The position numbers were made by a program, and so were the translations under genes. The notes under the pieces are model-generated. The model made no database searches, was not told where the DNA came from, and was given only the letters and a program-made list of their open reading frames with translations. 64,000 nucleotides of DNA from Eledone cirrhosa (Eukaryota). The number at the start of each line of letters is the position of its first letter. The stretch's first letter is position 1. The DNA is taken from assembly GCA_964016885.1 (NCBI GenBank), contig OZ024753.1, forward strand, positions 29,016,001 through 29,080,000. Direction: 5' to 3'. Positions 39,941-55,613 of the stretch are shown one piece after another.

Positions 39941-40246
39941 TTAAAATATAAGTATTAATAAAATAGATGTTCTTTTGATCAATTACATTTTATTATACAT
40001 ATTTCGGATGTACAACAGTACGTCCTCATCATCAGGGTATGTCATGTATCATTATATTTTGTCTGATGAGGACGTACTGTTGTACATCCGAAATATGTAT
40101 AATAAAATGTAATTGATCAAAAGAACATTTATTTTATTAATATTTATATTTTAATAACTCCAGAAAATTATTTTACCGTTGAGTGCTTCCAATCTACTGT
40201 AAAACTCATTCTTTGACATAATCATTGAATATTGTTTAACAATTTT
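39941..40246 (+). mobile_element. PLE remnant family A with hammerhead at 40055-40108
   Basis: ATTTTGT CTGATGA GGACGTAC/GTACATCC GAAA TATGTA TA ATAAAAT. Inverted arm 39941-40031. Tail homologous to 38421-38516. Confidence 0.78.
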
Positions 40247-40665
40247 ATATATATAAATAATTGTGGAGAAAATATCTATTCAATGAGAAAAAATAAAAGA
40301 GTATATGAAAGTACAGGGAGGATTAAACGCGATAAAGACGAGTCGTTTGGAGTTTGAATCTCTGATTGAGGAAGAGATAACCAGGAAAAGACTCTAGATA
40401 ATGTTGACATTGGCATAGGGGGGTATGCTTAAAGTACAGCTTGTAAGGGTAACACATGTCTTAATTCTTACAGGTTTTATATTTATAGCTGTATGAACGT
40501 GTCTTATCTTTTCTTTTGAACTTTTAATATTCAAGTAGTAGTTCACTTTACAGAGATTTGTTTTGTCAACGCCTTCGAAATGCAAGCTGCACTGCGTGTT
40601 TCTATGTATGTTCTGGAATGTTCAGTTAGCGCTACAATTAAAAGGCCACTTAATATAGCCTAACC

Positions 40666-40837
40666 CAGTGGCCTCCACAGAACCCCAGGTTTCTGCAGAG
40701 TGTCTGGGGTTTCGTGAAAAAAGGTAGAGGAGTATATTTATATATTACGACCCTATAACAGTATTAGACTTTTGGGTTCCCCCAAAAGTTTCTGAACCAA
40801 AAAGGGCTCTGCGTTTGAAAAGGTTTGGGATACCCTG
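40666..40837. mobile_element. hAT MITE
   Basis: CAGTGG.../...ACCCTG termini. 8-bp TSD GCCTAACC/GCCTAATC. Confidence 0.7.
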
Positions 40838-41283
40838 GCCTAATCAATAATCTCCCGCACTATTATCACCGTAAAAGCTGGAATGTCATATCTGTTCACC
40901 CAGGAAACAGGATTTGTACACAGTGAAATTATTCAATTATCCAAGACAAAGAAAGAGCCTTATATGGTCACCCAAAGTACTACAAACAGGGTCAAAATCT
41001 TTCTCAGACCTTTCTCTAACATCTATAAAAGGGACACATTGGTTAATGTCTTTCAGCGAAAGGAGGAATCACCGGTGAGAAAATAGACAAGTTTACGACC
41101 CTCTTTCGATGAAATCCTTTGCAATATTTATTCTGTAGGAAATTATAAATACAAGCTTGTCACTCTAATCAGTGAGAAATGCAGTGAACCAGTGGCCTGT
41201 TGGACATCTGTAACCGACGACTATGGTATATCAATTGCGATATAAAATAAATATATTTTTGCTTCTTTAAAAAGTCATGTTAA

Positions 41284-41434
41284 CAGTGCCGGATTTACCA
41301 TTGTGCTTAAACACACGCCCCCGTTGGCCAGGATGGAGGCATCTGCCTGCCAAAAATCTTTTTACCTCCTTGAGGCCCTAAGTAAGAGGTCACATAACTA
41401 GCACAGGGCCTCATTTGTCCTAAATCCGACACTG
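41284..41434. mobile_element. hAT-type MITE; second copy 58221-58385
   Basis: TIR CAGTGCCGGATTTA. TSDs CATGTTAA/ACTGTTAA and AGTGTAGA/GGTGTAGA. Confidence 0.75.
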
Positions 41435-41624
41435 ACTGTTAATACTTTCTGTTCAAAGTGGTAAGAAGTCGTTCATATACCAATGGTTCTTAGCTTTCAA
41501 TAAGAACAGAGTGATTCATTTCAACAAGTCATTAGTTATTTACAAAACACAGTTATTAAAAAGAAAATTTGTTTTCGCTCTAACATGGTGGATACCTAAA
41601 TGTATTTCTTTCTGAATCTTCTTT

Positions 41625-41830
41625 TCGTATCTTCAAAGCATGTGGTTATATGACAGTTCCCCATTTCTTTACACAGTCCTTTGCATTATTATTAAATTCT
41701 GCGAGATATTTTAAGCTGCACTGGTTGGGCAGTAGAGGGCAAATAAGGCTGTGCTGCATCGTATGGTCCTCCTCTCCGCATTCGCAGATGGTTGCGCCGG
41801 TCTTGTAGCCCCATCTGACCATAGCAGCTT
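41625..41830 (-). pseudogene. Vingi/Ingi-like LINE C-terminal fragment
   Basis: RWGYK...CECGEEDHTMQHSLICP....C....LA......A...V..W resembles the Vingi terminal CCHC region. Confidence 0.6.
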
Positions 41831-43004
41831 TTGATTCTTTCTGAATGAATAATAATATTATTAATATTCGGTTTGTTTGCAAGTGAACAGCTTCATTAAC
41901 ACCCCGAAACGATTGTCAACTGGTTTTTCTCACCTACCCTGGAACAAAAGGATGTCATTGGTCATCTAGAAAACACTCATGGTGTTAATGAGGTTCTTTG
42001 CTTGCAAACAAACCGAATATTATTATTATTATCATTATACAAGCGATGGATATCGGTAGAAGGTCGGACGCCATGCTTTGACGCATAGAGTTACGGCCCT
42101 TTATCATCCGAGTTCAAATCCCGCCGAGGTTAACTTTGCCTTTCATCCTTACGGGGTCGATAAAATAAAGTACCAGTAATACCCTGGAATAGTTGCTGGC
42201 CTTGTGCCAAAAGTAGAAACAATTATTATTATAATTATACACTCAAGAATATATTAGTTATTTCCACAAAACAGTTATTTCCAAAAGACAGCTATTTCCT
42301 CTATACATATACTAAAAGAAACTAGTTTTATTCACAAATTTCTCTCTTTTTTTTCTTTCTTAATTTTATCAGGTTTCTGTTTTTTATTTATATACTTATA
42401 TATACATATTTTTTTAATGTTGTTTGTCTTTTACTTTTGTTGTTATATTTTTGTTTCTTGTCACTGTTTTTAACTTTGGTTCTGTTTGACCATAGAAAGA
42501 TTCGAAAGTGGTTCACACAAATTATTTTCAATTTTATTTCGAAAAGAGTGACGAAAGACGATAGTGTGTGTGTGTGTGTATTTCGGACGCCTTATTACTG
42601 TCACTTAAACGTTATTACGCGCTCCATTTCATATACAATTAACATTGTTAGTGAGAAGAGTTGGCATTCTCCATTGAGAGCTATTACTAACTTGTTAAGA
42701 GAAAGAAACCTACTACCATACCTGTAACCCAGTAGAATTTGACACGACAGTCAGTGAAATATTTTAAAACTATCTATCTTTGCTCTAGCATAACGAATCA
42801 TTCATATATCACTCTTCAAGACAGTTTAAAGTTTCCTTCCTTCCATTGCTTCCATTTTATTGTTTTCTTATTTATCTTATCTTTTAATTGAGGTTTTATT
42901 TTCTTGCCTTTTTTTATTTTTATTTTTGCTTTTTTTAAAAATAGATTTTAACATTTCATTTATGTGAATATATAGCATGTACTCATTTGGTTATACTGAA
43001 TAAA

Positions 43005-43042
<38 letters not shown>

Positions 43043-43044
43043 GT

Positions 43045-43330
43045 GCAAATTTAGACGGGAACAAAACAGAGGCAGACAAATAAAGGTTTATTAGGTTCAC
43101 GCTCTTGAGAGTTTGGAGGGGGACGTTTCGGGCATAAGCCCTTCTTCAGGATAAATAGGTTAGGAAGAGAGTTCCGAGAGTGTGTGAAAATACATTTAGA
43201 AAAAAGGGGGAAAAAGACTCGGGGCCTAATGGTTGTGCTCTTGCCGTTCCGACAGCAAATTTCTTTACACTCTATTATCCCAAGCATCGAGTACTCTGCC
43301 GAATAATGGTCTTACTAATTTAAAATTAGT
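43045..43330. mobile_element. PLE remnant with minimal hammerhead core (- strand 43122-43149)
   Basis: CTGAAGA A GGGC ttat GCCC GAAA CG TC, with weak stem I. Family-B-like tail CACTCTATTATCCCAAGCATCGAGTACT on + at 43268. Confidence 0.55.
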
Positions 43331-44059
43331 ATAATCCTCCTGGTCCTTCCCTTTCTCTCTTTGTATGGGTATGTGTGTGTGTGAGAGAGCATATGAGAGT
43401 GAGAGTGAGAGCGAGCGAGCGAGTGAGTGAATAAATAAATTTAAAAAAAAACACTTTACAAAAAAGTAAGACTACTTCTGTACACGATATTTTCAGTAGT
43501 AATCACACTGATAGTTTTATGACAGTTGCTATCACTGTAGCAGAACAGCAACAGTAAACAGAGTTTCAACAACATTTTTTTAATGGCTTATTCAACGGGA
43601 GAAGTTCAATGCCCATGGCCCTTTTACAGCGCTTCCGTGACTGAGATAAGAGGAGAGGGATGAAAAGGCAACGCAATGGTTGCAGTCGTAATTAAAAAAC
43701 AGTACATCAAGATATCAAGTTATATTTAGCAATGTTTGCACGTTTTCAGTGGACCAATCTCCGGTTCACAGCTTTTCTGGCGGGGACTGGGACAAGGGAG
43801 CATCTGTAACTCGGTGCAAGTAAATGTTTGTTTCTAATAGCATTAGTTTCAATCCGATGCTTACATCTTTTACTGATATACATCGGTGAAATATATTCAC
43901 ATCCGTATGCATACATATATGCATACACGGTGGACCTGTACAGTTTCCATGTTCTCGATTCTACACGCTAGGTATTGGCAAACCAAGAGCTTTGGTAAAA
44001 AAAACAAAAACATTTGCCTAAGATGTGGTGCCTGTAGGATCAAACCCGAAACCTGATCT

Positions 44060-44550
44060 TTATTCATCGCTAATGACGTTTACTCAGTCTGAAATGCTAG
44101 TATGTGTCGTCCTACGCGGTTACTAGAGCAACTATGACACGAGTACAACTTAAAGTACCCACAATGAGACTTATGTACGTCTATTATATATAAACATAAT
44201 GTATATGCTTTTATACAAGCTACAATTCTGAATCATGTTATGCTAACGTTGTTGCTTATTAATGCTGGTCCATCAAGACCGCAATATATGCAAATGAGGA
44301 TCTTCATAAATATATTATTTGCTAACATCTACATATAAGCTATCAGCTTCTTTGCTTTAGTATTGAGCGAGTAAATGTCACTGAAGATGGATAAAGATCC
44401 TGAAATACTAATATTTGGCGTCCTCACTCGGTTACTAAATTAAATGTTACCTGATTACAACTTAAAAGACTCATTGCGAGACTTATCTATACATAAACAT
44501 ATTTGTATGTGCTTTCACATTCTCGTATATTCTAATGTAATGCTAATACG
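44060..44550 (+). repeat. Diverged ~311-bp tandem dimer, each unit with a hammerhead-like core
   Basis: CTAATGA..GAAA (44070/44091) and CTGAAGA tGGAT/ATCCt GAAA (44381/44402). Shared downstream blocks GGTTACTA, TACAACTTAAA, GAGACTTAT, ATAAACATA, ATGCTAA. Confidence 0.5.
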
Positions 44551-45267
44551 GAAATTATAACACATCACTCAGAAGTGTATGTGGGGTTCTCCTAAGATAA
44601 TTCCAATGTCTCGAGAAAATTACATGTACCAAAAAAAGGCCTAATTACATGTACCAAAAAAAGGCCTAATCTCACCCAAGTGAAACAAACCCCTCGAAGT
44701 TGTTTAAACTTGGTTCAACACACTTAACAAACACAAGATTTATAACGAGTTTTTCTTTGCTTTAAACCAAACATTTAAGTCGAGTAAAATATATTGTAGT
44801 CATAGAGACAATGTGACGATGAGGAGGATGCTAATGATGGTGATGATGACGATGGTTGTGATGACAATCATGATGGAGATGTTGGGTGGTGTCTTTAAAG
44901 AGCTCATCCGAATCAATATAAACAAAGAATAATTGTTTCTACTTTTTGGCGCAAGGCCAGAAATTACCCAGTGCATTACTGGTACTTTATTTTATCGACC
45001 CCGTAAGGATGAAAGGCAAAGTTAACCTATGCGGGATTTGAACTCAGACCGTAAAGGGATGTAACCATGCTTGAAAGCATGGCGTCCAACCCTTACCGAT
45101 ACTGCATAAACAAAGAATAATGACGAAATACTTGAATATAAGACCATCTGAGATGTCTTTCTCACTCTGTGTAGTTTCTTGGGTATGGCCAAAGTGCGCG
45201 CGTGCGTGCGTGCGTGTGCGTGGATATATATATATATATATATGGATATATATATATATATATATAT

Positions 45268-45311
<44 letters not shown>

Positions 45312-45315
<4 letters not shown>

Positions 45316-45490
45316 CTTCACTGTAACAGATACCTAAATATGGAATGTTACGCGATGAGGCACCCCAACAGCCCCGGCGGACAGGATGGAGAAGGCGTTC
45401 CCCTGGAGGACGGCAAAGGAGACGCGCTGGAAAAGCCACTCCAACTCGCGGGGTTCACACCTGCGGCTGGCCAGCTCGGCGCCTATGGTG
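45312..45490 (-). pseudogene. CRE-clade LINE 3' end, second subfamily
   Basis: [37 protein letters not shown], ending in (TA)n. Confidence 0.68.
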
Positions 45491-46640
45491 TGTGGTTATA
45501 TACGAGTTTGTTTCATTAGTGTTAGTACATATGTCTATGTTTGGTATATGTATGTTTATTGTGTGTACGCGTTTTATTTTTGTGTGTTTTGTTTTTGTGG
45601 CGCGCACGTGCCTGTTTCATTTGCCTGAGTGTGTGATTGTGCTTCATTCGCATGTGATGAGTGTGTTTGTGAGGGTGTATGCTTCATTTGCGTGGGTGCG
45701 TGACTGTGTGCGTGTGCATATCTGTATGAATACATTCATGTATGTATATGAGTGTGTATTTGTATGTGAGTGAGTGTGTATATGTGTGTGTGTGAGTATG
45801 TGTGTGTGTCTTACTAAGTACACGAGTACTCAGAGGTTTTGGAACAATCACTTGAGAAAACAAAATGTTGAACTACTTGCAAAAAAGATTTAAAAGTAAT
45901 TTCCGAAAAAAATAAATTGCGGGTACTATTTTGAAAGTCTTATTGTAGATGTTTTCATATTGTTGACGATGACGATGGTAGCTATGGTGATGGTGGTGGT
46001 GGTGGTGGTGGTGGTGGTGGTGGTGGTGGTGGTGGTTTTGGAGGCAGTGATGTTTTAAAGGTGTCAACGTTGATAATGATGATAATTGTGGTGGTGACGG
46101 ATAGTTGCAATGATAATGGTGATGATGACTATGATGATGATGATGTTGATTGTGATGGCGACGGTGGTCGTGGTGCGAGTGATAATGGCGATGTTGGTGC
46201 TTGTCATTATCGTCGTTATCGTGGTAGTTAGGAGAGTTGGTCTTTAGCTACGTATTAGCCCCGATTAAACAGATCCGTGAGCAAAGGCGTTCCAGCCTTA
46301 ACCATCTCGTCTGTTTTAGAGTATGTCAAGGATTACATTAACCAATGTTCTTTTTGTCCTTTCTGTGAAGAAAATAAATGTTATTTGAGTAAATTTCTGG
46401 CTCGCTGGGGGGGAGGGGGGGGCTGATTCTTTCACATTGTAGTGGTAGTAATAATGACTAGGCCAACAATTGTGGGGGGAGGGGGTTAAATCAACTCCAG
46501 TGCGTTACTGGTACATTTTTTATCGACCCTATCTGCTTCTCTGGGACACACTGATCTAGGATTATATTATCTAGCGTGAACTTCCTTTCTGTCAGATGTT
46601 AGAATATAATTTGAGATAGATATAGTTGTTATGTCTAGCA

Positions 46641-46779
46641 CAGGCATGTCAAACTGAGGGTCCCCCGAGGGCCACATATGTGTACATTACAACTAATATT
46701 TTTTTTATATTACGCTCGCACTGTAAAAACCTTTGCGCGGGCCGCAGGTGACCCGGGGGCTGCATGTTTGACATGCCTA
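46641..46779. mobile_element. hAT (Charlie-like) MITE
   Basis: TIR CAGGCATGTCAAAC / GTTTGACATGCCTA. TSD GTCTAGCA/GTCTGGCA. Confidence 0.8.
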
Positions 46780-46896
46780 GTCTGGCAGATCTAATTTATT
46801 AAAAACAGAGTGAATTGGGTCACATGGGTCTATATGGTAATACTGATTCACTTTCTCAAGCTATTTGAAAAATTGGAAGACACATATATATTTACA

Positions 46897-48791
<1,895 letters not shown>

Positions 48792-50910
48792 GAATGATTT
48801 ATGTGGGTGTAATTGGAATCAAATTTCAAAAGTTTTAACAATTAAAATAACTATGGTGACAAGAAAAACAGCTGAACGAGCAGGAATAACTATAATAGTA
48901 ATCAATAAATAAATAAACGACTGAAAATCTAACAACAACAACAACAACCCTAGCTTACAGTCACAGTAACCACGAGAGTCTCTCTTTCTTTCTCTCTGAT
49001 ATGCTTGAGTAAGTTTTAACGATTTCCTTTCTTAATTTTTTTTCAATCTAGTTTTAGAAAGTTTCTCACGATTAAAAACGAAGACTTTCTCTATATCTGA
49101 ACAACTTAAAACCACTGCCACCATTAACACCACCACTGTTATTTAGCCAATGAAGAAACATCTACTTGGTCACTTGACCCGAGATAAATAGCAGCTAAAT
49201 CTCCTAGCGTCACTCATATCCAAACGGGGTTCAAATCCCGCCGAGGTTAGCACTGGGGTCGATTTAATCGATTTTCCCCTCTTCCCAAATTGCTGGCCTT
49301 GTGTTTATAATAGAAATCCATATTTATTATATATTATTTACAATTGGCGTGTTGGAGGGGGCGTTGAGGGTATTACGTGGTTGTGATGGAGGTAGTGGCC
49401 CCAAAACGTTTGAGAACCTCTGTATTAATCTCATGAACTATGATACTCAATAGCACTTATTAATGACGGAATGTGGATTGTGATGTTATAATCAGTAAAG
49501 TAGAAAATAAATTAAGTGCTAAGACACTTAATGTAAACAGCGTGATTGCATTAATTAATTCGGAGTATAACTGCAATGAAGAGGGGAAAATCATGTACAA
49601 ATAGATTAGACAAATGCATGGGTGACAGCTCAAAACAATTTGTTTAGCAGGTTGACGACACACCAAGATAATTAAACTTTGAAATAAGCATTGCAGGAGG
49701 AATAGCGGTGGTGAAAAGCCTGACAGTTGGCAAGAGAGGATGAGAACTCTCCAGCACGAAAGATAAAAATTCAGATAGTGTGTTGGCTTCTTCAAGATTA
49801 TAGATTACTTAGAAACACAGAAAATATCGTTTTTTTTTGTTGTGTACCAGAAAATATACTTTTGTCGTAAAGGTATACCATGAAAATTGATAAAAAACTC
49901 CTAACACATACACACCCTCTCTCTCTCACACACATGTATAATTGCTTGTATATATAAAGAATCTGCCTTGCCTTAAACCAATATATTTTATTTGACTGAT
50001 ACAAACTTTTTTTTTTGTGGCGGGTTTAATAATACAACTTTCTCATTATTAAAAAAAATCATGTATATATATTATGTGTGTGTGTGTGTGTGTGGTGTGT
50101 GTGGTGTGTGTATGCGTGTGTGTATATAATATGCGTATACAAGCATATCTAAATATATTAGATTTGTGTATGTATATATGTACGTGTGTGTCTGTATGTA
50201 TTATGTTTGTGTGTATGTCGGTGTTTGTATATCTATGTATTTGTGTATGTATGTATACGTGTGTGCAATTACAAATACAAATATATATGTATGTATTATG
50301 TTTGTGTGTATGAGTGTATATACGTGTTTGCATATCTATGTATTTGTGTGTATATATATATTATATATATACGTGTGTGCAATCACATAAATGAATAATA
50401 AAGAAAATGAGGGAGAGGGTGAGAGAGAAAAACAAGGACAAAGAAATCAGAAAAAATGTGTACACAATGCTTGTGGATGATAGACATACTTCCATTTTTT
50501 TTCTTTTCAAATGGCCGAATATGAGAAGGAAGTGTTGTGAAATAAATGACATTGTCTGAGATGGAAAAAAAATTAGAAAAGAAAAACATTTTATTAGGGA
50601 GACGGATGTTTAATCTGAATCTAGTCTGTATTTCACTAACATGGAGACGTCAGATTGGAACGAGAAGATAGCAACAAGAACGACTACAACAGTAACAAAA
50701 ACGACAACAACGACAGCAGTAGCAACAAGAGTAGTACCAACTAACAAAAATCTTCAACAGCAAAGTAGTGACAGCAATAAAATATCTGAACTGATAGCAA
50801 ACCTATGGCTTCATTCTTTCACCTCAACTGAAACTGTATTATTTTTGTAATTGGCGCAAGAGAAACCTTCCAGCATTTGTATGTATAACAACCTGACAAT
50901 CTATCTCTCC

Positions 50911-50970
<60 letters not shown>

Positions 50971-51007
50971 CTGTTTCTACATTAGGCACAAGGCCAGCAA
51001 TTACCCA

Positions 51008-51051
<44 letters not shown>

Positions 51052-51054
<3 letters not shown>

Positions 51055-51373
51055 GTAGGAGGTGAGTTTTATTGTAGTACAATAAAGCAATGCAGATATC
51101 GGATAAGAAGCACTCTACAGTTTGTAGGACTGGAGTATGCATAATATAAGATCAAAAGATGGTTAAAGGAGTTCCATGTATTTTATTATGCGCATTTCAA
51201 TATGATATGTTGATTTAAAACTGCACTATCCACAAGTGTTTTTTAGCCTTCATATCATGTTCTCCTATTTTATCTGATGAAAGCACAAATATTATTGCAT
51301 GATGATGTTTGTTTTTGAAATGCGCATAATAAAATACATGGAACTCCTTTAACCATCTTTTGATCTTATATTA
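51052..51373. mobile_element. PLE remnant with an intact-looking hammerhead at 51266-51336 (+)
   Basis: Stem I TATTTTAT/ATAAAATA (8 bp); CTGATGA; long stem II; GAAA; palindromic stem III ATGCGCAT; cleavage after A51328. Inverted arm 51142-51200. Confidence 0.78.
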
Positions 51374-51387
51374 TATATATATATATA

Positions 51388-51868
51388 ACGGCGATGAATT
51401 AGTTTTGTGAGGTTTTTGATATGAAATCGTGTGTCGAAACTACTAAACTAAGATAGAATACAATAACCAATGCAGTCACCCAAACACGAACACACATCAA
51501 ACAAAACACTGTACACATGCGCAGAGAAGACAAAGAAAACAACAAATAAATAAATAAATAAATAAATAAACAGACTAAATAAAGATGGCGTAAGCATACA
51601 ATACAACGGGAGGAAACATAATAGTACCACTGACGATATTGCAGATGTGCAACGAAAGAACTTTGTTAGACTATATATATGTGTTTGTGTCTATATTGTA
51701 TCTGTATTTTTGACCGTTGGTCAGTCAATGGTAACATTGAGGACCGAATAAATTAAATTAACCGATATAAAAGACACAGAAGCGAAAACCAACCAAACAG
51801 TGAGTGTGTTCTGTTATTAATTCTGGCAATATTATTACACAAATATGACCCTCCCCAAGTATAACAAT
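51388..51868 (+). mobile_element. PLE family D pLTR with hammerhead core at 51630-51657
   Basis: Homologous to 38843-38872 plus 39230-39676. Confidence 0.72.
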
Positions 51869-51888
51869 ATATATATATATATATATAT

Positions 51889-52089
51889 AGGAACGAGTAG
51901 GACCCCGATGGCTGAGCTCAAGCCGTTTCGACGGCTAATTCTGGACTCAGAGTCCAGAATTAGCTGTCGAAACGGCTTGAGCTCAGCCGTCGGGGTCCTA
52001 CTCGTTCCTATTACCCACTCTACTACCTTAAGTATTGAGTACTTTGGTGCGTTATGGTCCACCTGGTTCCTTACCACATTTCTTTCGTT
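51889..52089 (+). mobile_element. PLE remnant family B: palindrome containing hammerhead 3' halves
   Basis: TAGCTGTC GAAA CGGCT tgagctc AGCCG TC GGGGTCC is stem II 3' strand, GAAA, stem III and a GTC site. The CTGANGA half is lost at the inversion. Confidence 0.65.
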
Positions 52090-53413
52090 ATATATATATC
52101 CTAAACGGACAGTAGTCCGTTTAGTAATATTGTTGTGGTCGTGGTTTCGTTGGCAATCGTCTGTTTACGACAGTACAGCGCGGCTCTACTTTATTTAACT
52201 GAGATAAAACTTATATGAGCATGAACAGTAGATCATTACGTATCTTTTGGCTTAAAAATCTAGAAATTTGGTCCAGCGGGAAAAAGTTTATAATCAAAGT
52301 TTGCTGATAAATCTTGTGTTCAAGTGAGTGAGTAGTAAGCGTGACGCTAGGGGAGGTAATCCAGAAATGACGTAGCTTTGTCATTAAGCTAGTTGCCTCA
52401 ACTAGATTGCAATTATACTCAAAAGAACTTTAAAATGTCAATCACTTGTCAGTAATTCACTGTGATCATTTAATTATTAGATAGTTGTTGCTTGCATTGC
52501 CTTAAAAAATAGTAGACGAGATAGAAAAATGCGTACAGCAAAAAAAAGTAATATTGGTGGAATATAAACCTTTAAAAATACAGGACAAGAAACTAAAATA
52601 AAACTTTAAAGAATTGGACAAAAAATAAAAAATTTTACAATAATATTAGTGGCAAATTTTTTTTATTCGTTTCCTGTATTTTCTTGATTAGTGCATAATA
52701 ATTGTCATGCTCTCATTGTGCGTTGCCCCTGAGCCGTTGGTTCTGGTTGGGGTTGGTTGGCTGAGCAGTTCTGCTCCGTCAGAATGACCATTGCAAGAAG
52801 AATTGGCCGATGCAGCTGCAGGTCTCCTCCAAGAATGCACTTCTGGTCCCGCAACACCAGACGAAGATGGAGAAGACGACCGGGACAAGATGTCGACTGA
52901 CCACCGACTACGGCACCTCCCTCAACCACCGGTCCTCCCTCCCTCTGTCCCGTCCTCCTGCTCCACCTTCCTGTACCAGAAAGCTGTGGCACGCATTCAT
53001 CTGGACTGCCGGACTTGAACTCAAGGACAAGATGCAAGGAGAAGATGGACGGGTTGGTCAAGATCAAGGATGAGCGGGACAACAAGACCATCCGCTCATG
53101 GGCCCATGGGTCCATTCACATTATGCATGACACATGAGGCGTGTCGCCGAATGATGAAATAGGGGTATGCTTATGGCCCAATTGGTGTTCAAACCAGGAT
53201 CAAATGATCCCCCCGGTCTGACGACGACCTCTGAATGTGGAACCCAGAGCCTATGAATGTGGAACTCGATTTTTTACCAATAAAAATTTTGCCACTAATA
53301 TTATTGTAAATTTGTTTATTTCTTGTCCTATTCTTTTAAAGTTTTATATTCCAACAATATTACTTTTTTTTGCTGTACGCATTTTTCTATCTGGTATATA
53401 TATATATATATAC

Positions 53414-53928
53414 ATACTTTGGTTCGTGGAAACGTTCCCTGGCAAAGATCGGGAAAAAACGAATATAATACGTCATTAATAGGAGCGGTGAAAAACAATT
53501 ACGCGCAAAGACAGAACCACGTTTATGCTATAAAAGAGGCCGTAGACTAATGTTCTCTTAGGTGGTTCATAGAGACGTTCTCTGGCAATGAACGTTTTTT
53601 TCGTTCATTGCCAGAGAACGTCTCTATGAACCACGTAAGAGAACATTAGTCTACGACCTCTTTTATACCATAAACGTGGTTCTGTCTTTGCGCGTAATTG
53701 TTTTTCACCGCTCCTATTAATGACGTATTATTCGTTTTTTCCCGTTCTTTGCCAGCGAACGTTACCACGAACCAAAGTATCGTCTTCCTGTCTTCCTCCG
53801 GTTGCAACGTTTTTTGAAATATCCACTTCTGCGTTTACAGATTGACTTTGTTAGTTTCAGAAGATCCCGTTAAGGGTGAAAGCAGCGATTCTTTGCTTAA
53901 ACTTTAATCTGTTATTTTAATAAATAAA
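53414..53928 (+). mobile_element. PLE-like foldback: ~180-bp inverted arms + tail
   Basis: Arms 53414-53594 / 53602-53780. Degenerate core CAGAAGA TCCC gttaa GGGT GAAA at ~53858-53881, then AATAAA. Confidence 0.55.
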
Positions 53929-54438
53929 TATATATATATATTGTTATACTTGGGGAGGGTCATATTGTTGTAATAATATTGCCAGAAATAATAACAGAAC
54001 ACACTCACTGTTTGGTTGGTTTTCGCTTCTGTATCTTTTATATCTCCACAGTTAATTCATTCGGTCCTCAATGTTTACCATTGACTGACCAACGGTCAAA
54101 AATACAGATATATATATATATATGTATATATAGTTGTTTCTACTTTTGGCACAAGGCCACCAATTATCCCAGTGTATTACTAGTACTTTATTTTATCGAC
54201 CCCGTAAGGATGAAAGGCAACCCGCTGGTGATACTAATGTGACCTCTCGATGCACAGGCAGATTGAATATGAATAAAAAATAAAAAACGATGTAATTTCG
54301 TTTACATGCGCATATATTTTTATTGTGTTGGCGCGTTCCGCAGATGGTTGGCTCAAGGTCACCAATGGAAGCTATGGACCCGACACCAGCAGCGATCTGC
54401 TCGTCAGGCTGGTGAATCAACAACAGATAAAGTGGTTT

Positions 54439-54513
<75 letters not shown>

Positions 54514-55561
54514 CAAGAATAAACGAGACAAACACTGCGATGCAAAAATTACAAAGTCTTATTAGGTTCACGCTTGGAAATGAAGATAAAAAAAAAAGAG
54601 AAGTAAATGTCTCAACGTATCGGACATAAGTCTTGTCAGGAAAGACCATAAGGTTGTGAGTAAAAAATGTAAAAGGAATCTCGGTCAGTTACAACAATGA
54701 GTATTCTAGTTGTGTGTTGTTTTAGCCTATTTGTAGCTGAGTATTTCGCATACACTTCTATTTTTAATGTAAATCTTAACGAACTACAGAGTTCGGTAAA
54801 GCTGGCCCCACAAATTACAGGAACCTTACATCTGTGGCTCTCGGATACGGTTTCCGTCTTCATTCAGGAAGCTTGTCAAGAATCGATAATTTGGTAAAAG
54901 ATACTTGGCTGCGATACCTCGCTGTGCAGCCGAACTTGGTAACTCATGATTGCAAGACTTCTTAATCACTAGGACATGCTTTCAGAGGTCAAGCGAGATA
55001 TATTTCACAAGTGTCCTAAACGTTCATAGGTGTGTGCTGTAAGTTAATGGGAAAAACCCATTCACTCTTATATACACACATATATACACCAGGTCTGAAC
55101 ACAAAAGAACCAAACTCCCACTGTCACTGCCTCCGTCTCTCTCCCCGATCTTTCATTACTGTGAGCAAATGAGGGCCCACGTGCTGGCGCCCCGAGCACG
55201 AATTTTTAATAGCCATGCTGAATGTGTATTCAGTATGAAAAAAAACTAAATTAAACAAGATTGTTATTCTACCGACTGATTTCATAATTTGATTCTATCA
55301 ACATCAACACGTTTACGGTCACGAGAACTGACAGAAAATTAAATATGCCATGTCATGAACTTATTCCAATTGTACTCAAGACTTTACATGACCCCGAGTA
55401 TGTATGTATGTATGGTGTCGTGTATTAAATTACCTTCTATCAGGCACTTATCTGCCCTCACAGTCACACAAACCTCTAAGAATAAGCTAAGATATTAAGC
55501 GCATAATTCAAACATTCAATATATATATACTGCCTCTATTTTTTGTTCTCGTCTAAATTCG

Positions 55562-55609
<48 letters not shown>

Positions 55610-55613
<4 letters not shown>

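Noticed and set aside
42290-42320. + strand TTATCAG|GTTTCT as a recursive site
   Set aside because: Poor donor in generic T-rich sequence.
45873-46067. Poly-His ORF, and the Asp/Gly-rich ORFs at 37412-37643
   Set aside because: Products of (TGG)n and CAC/CAT tandem repeats.
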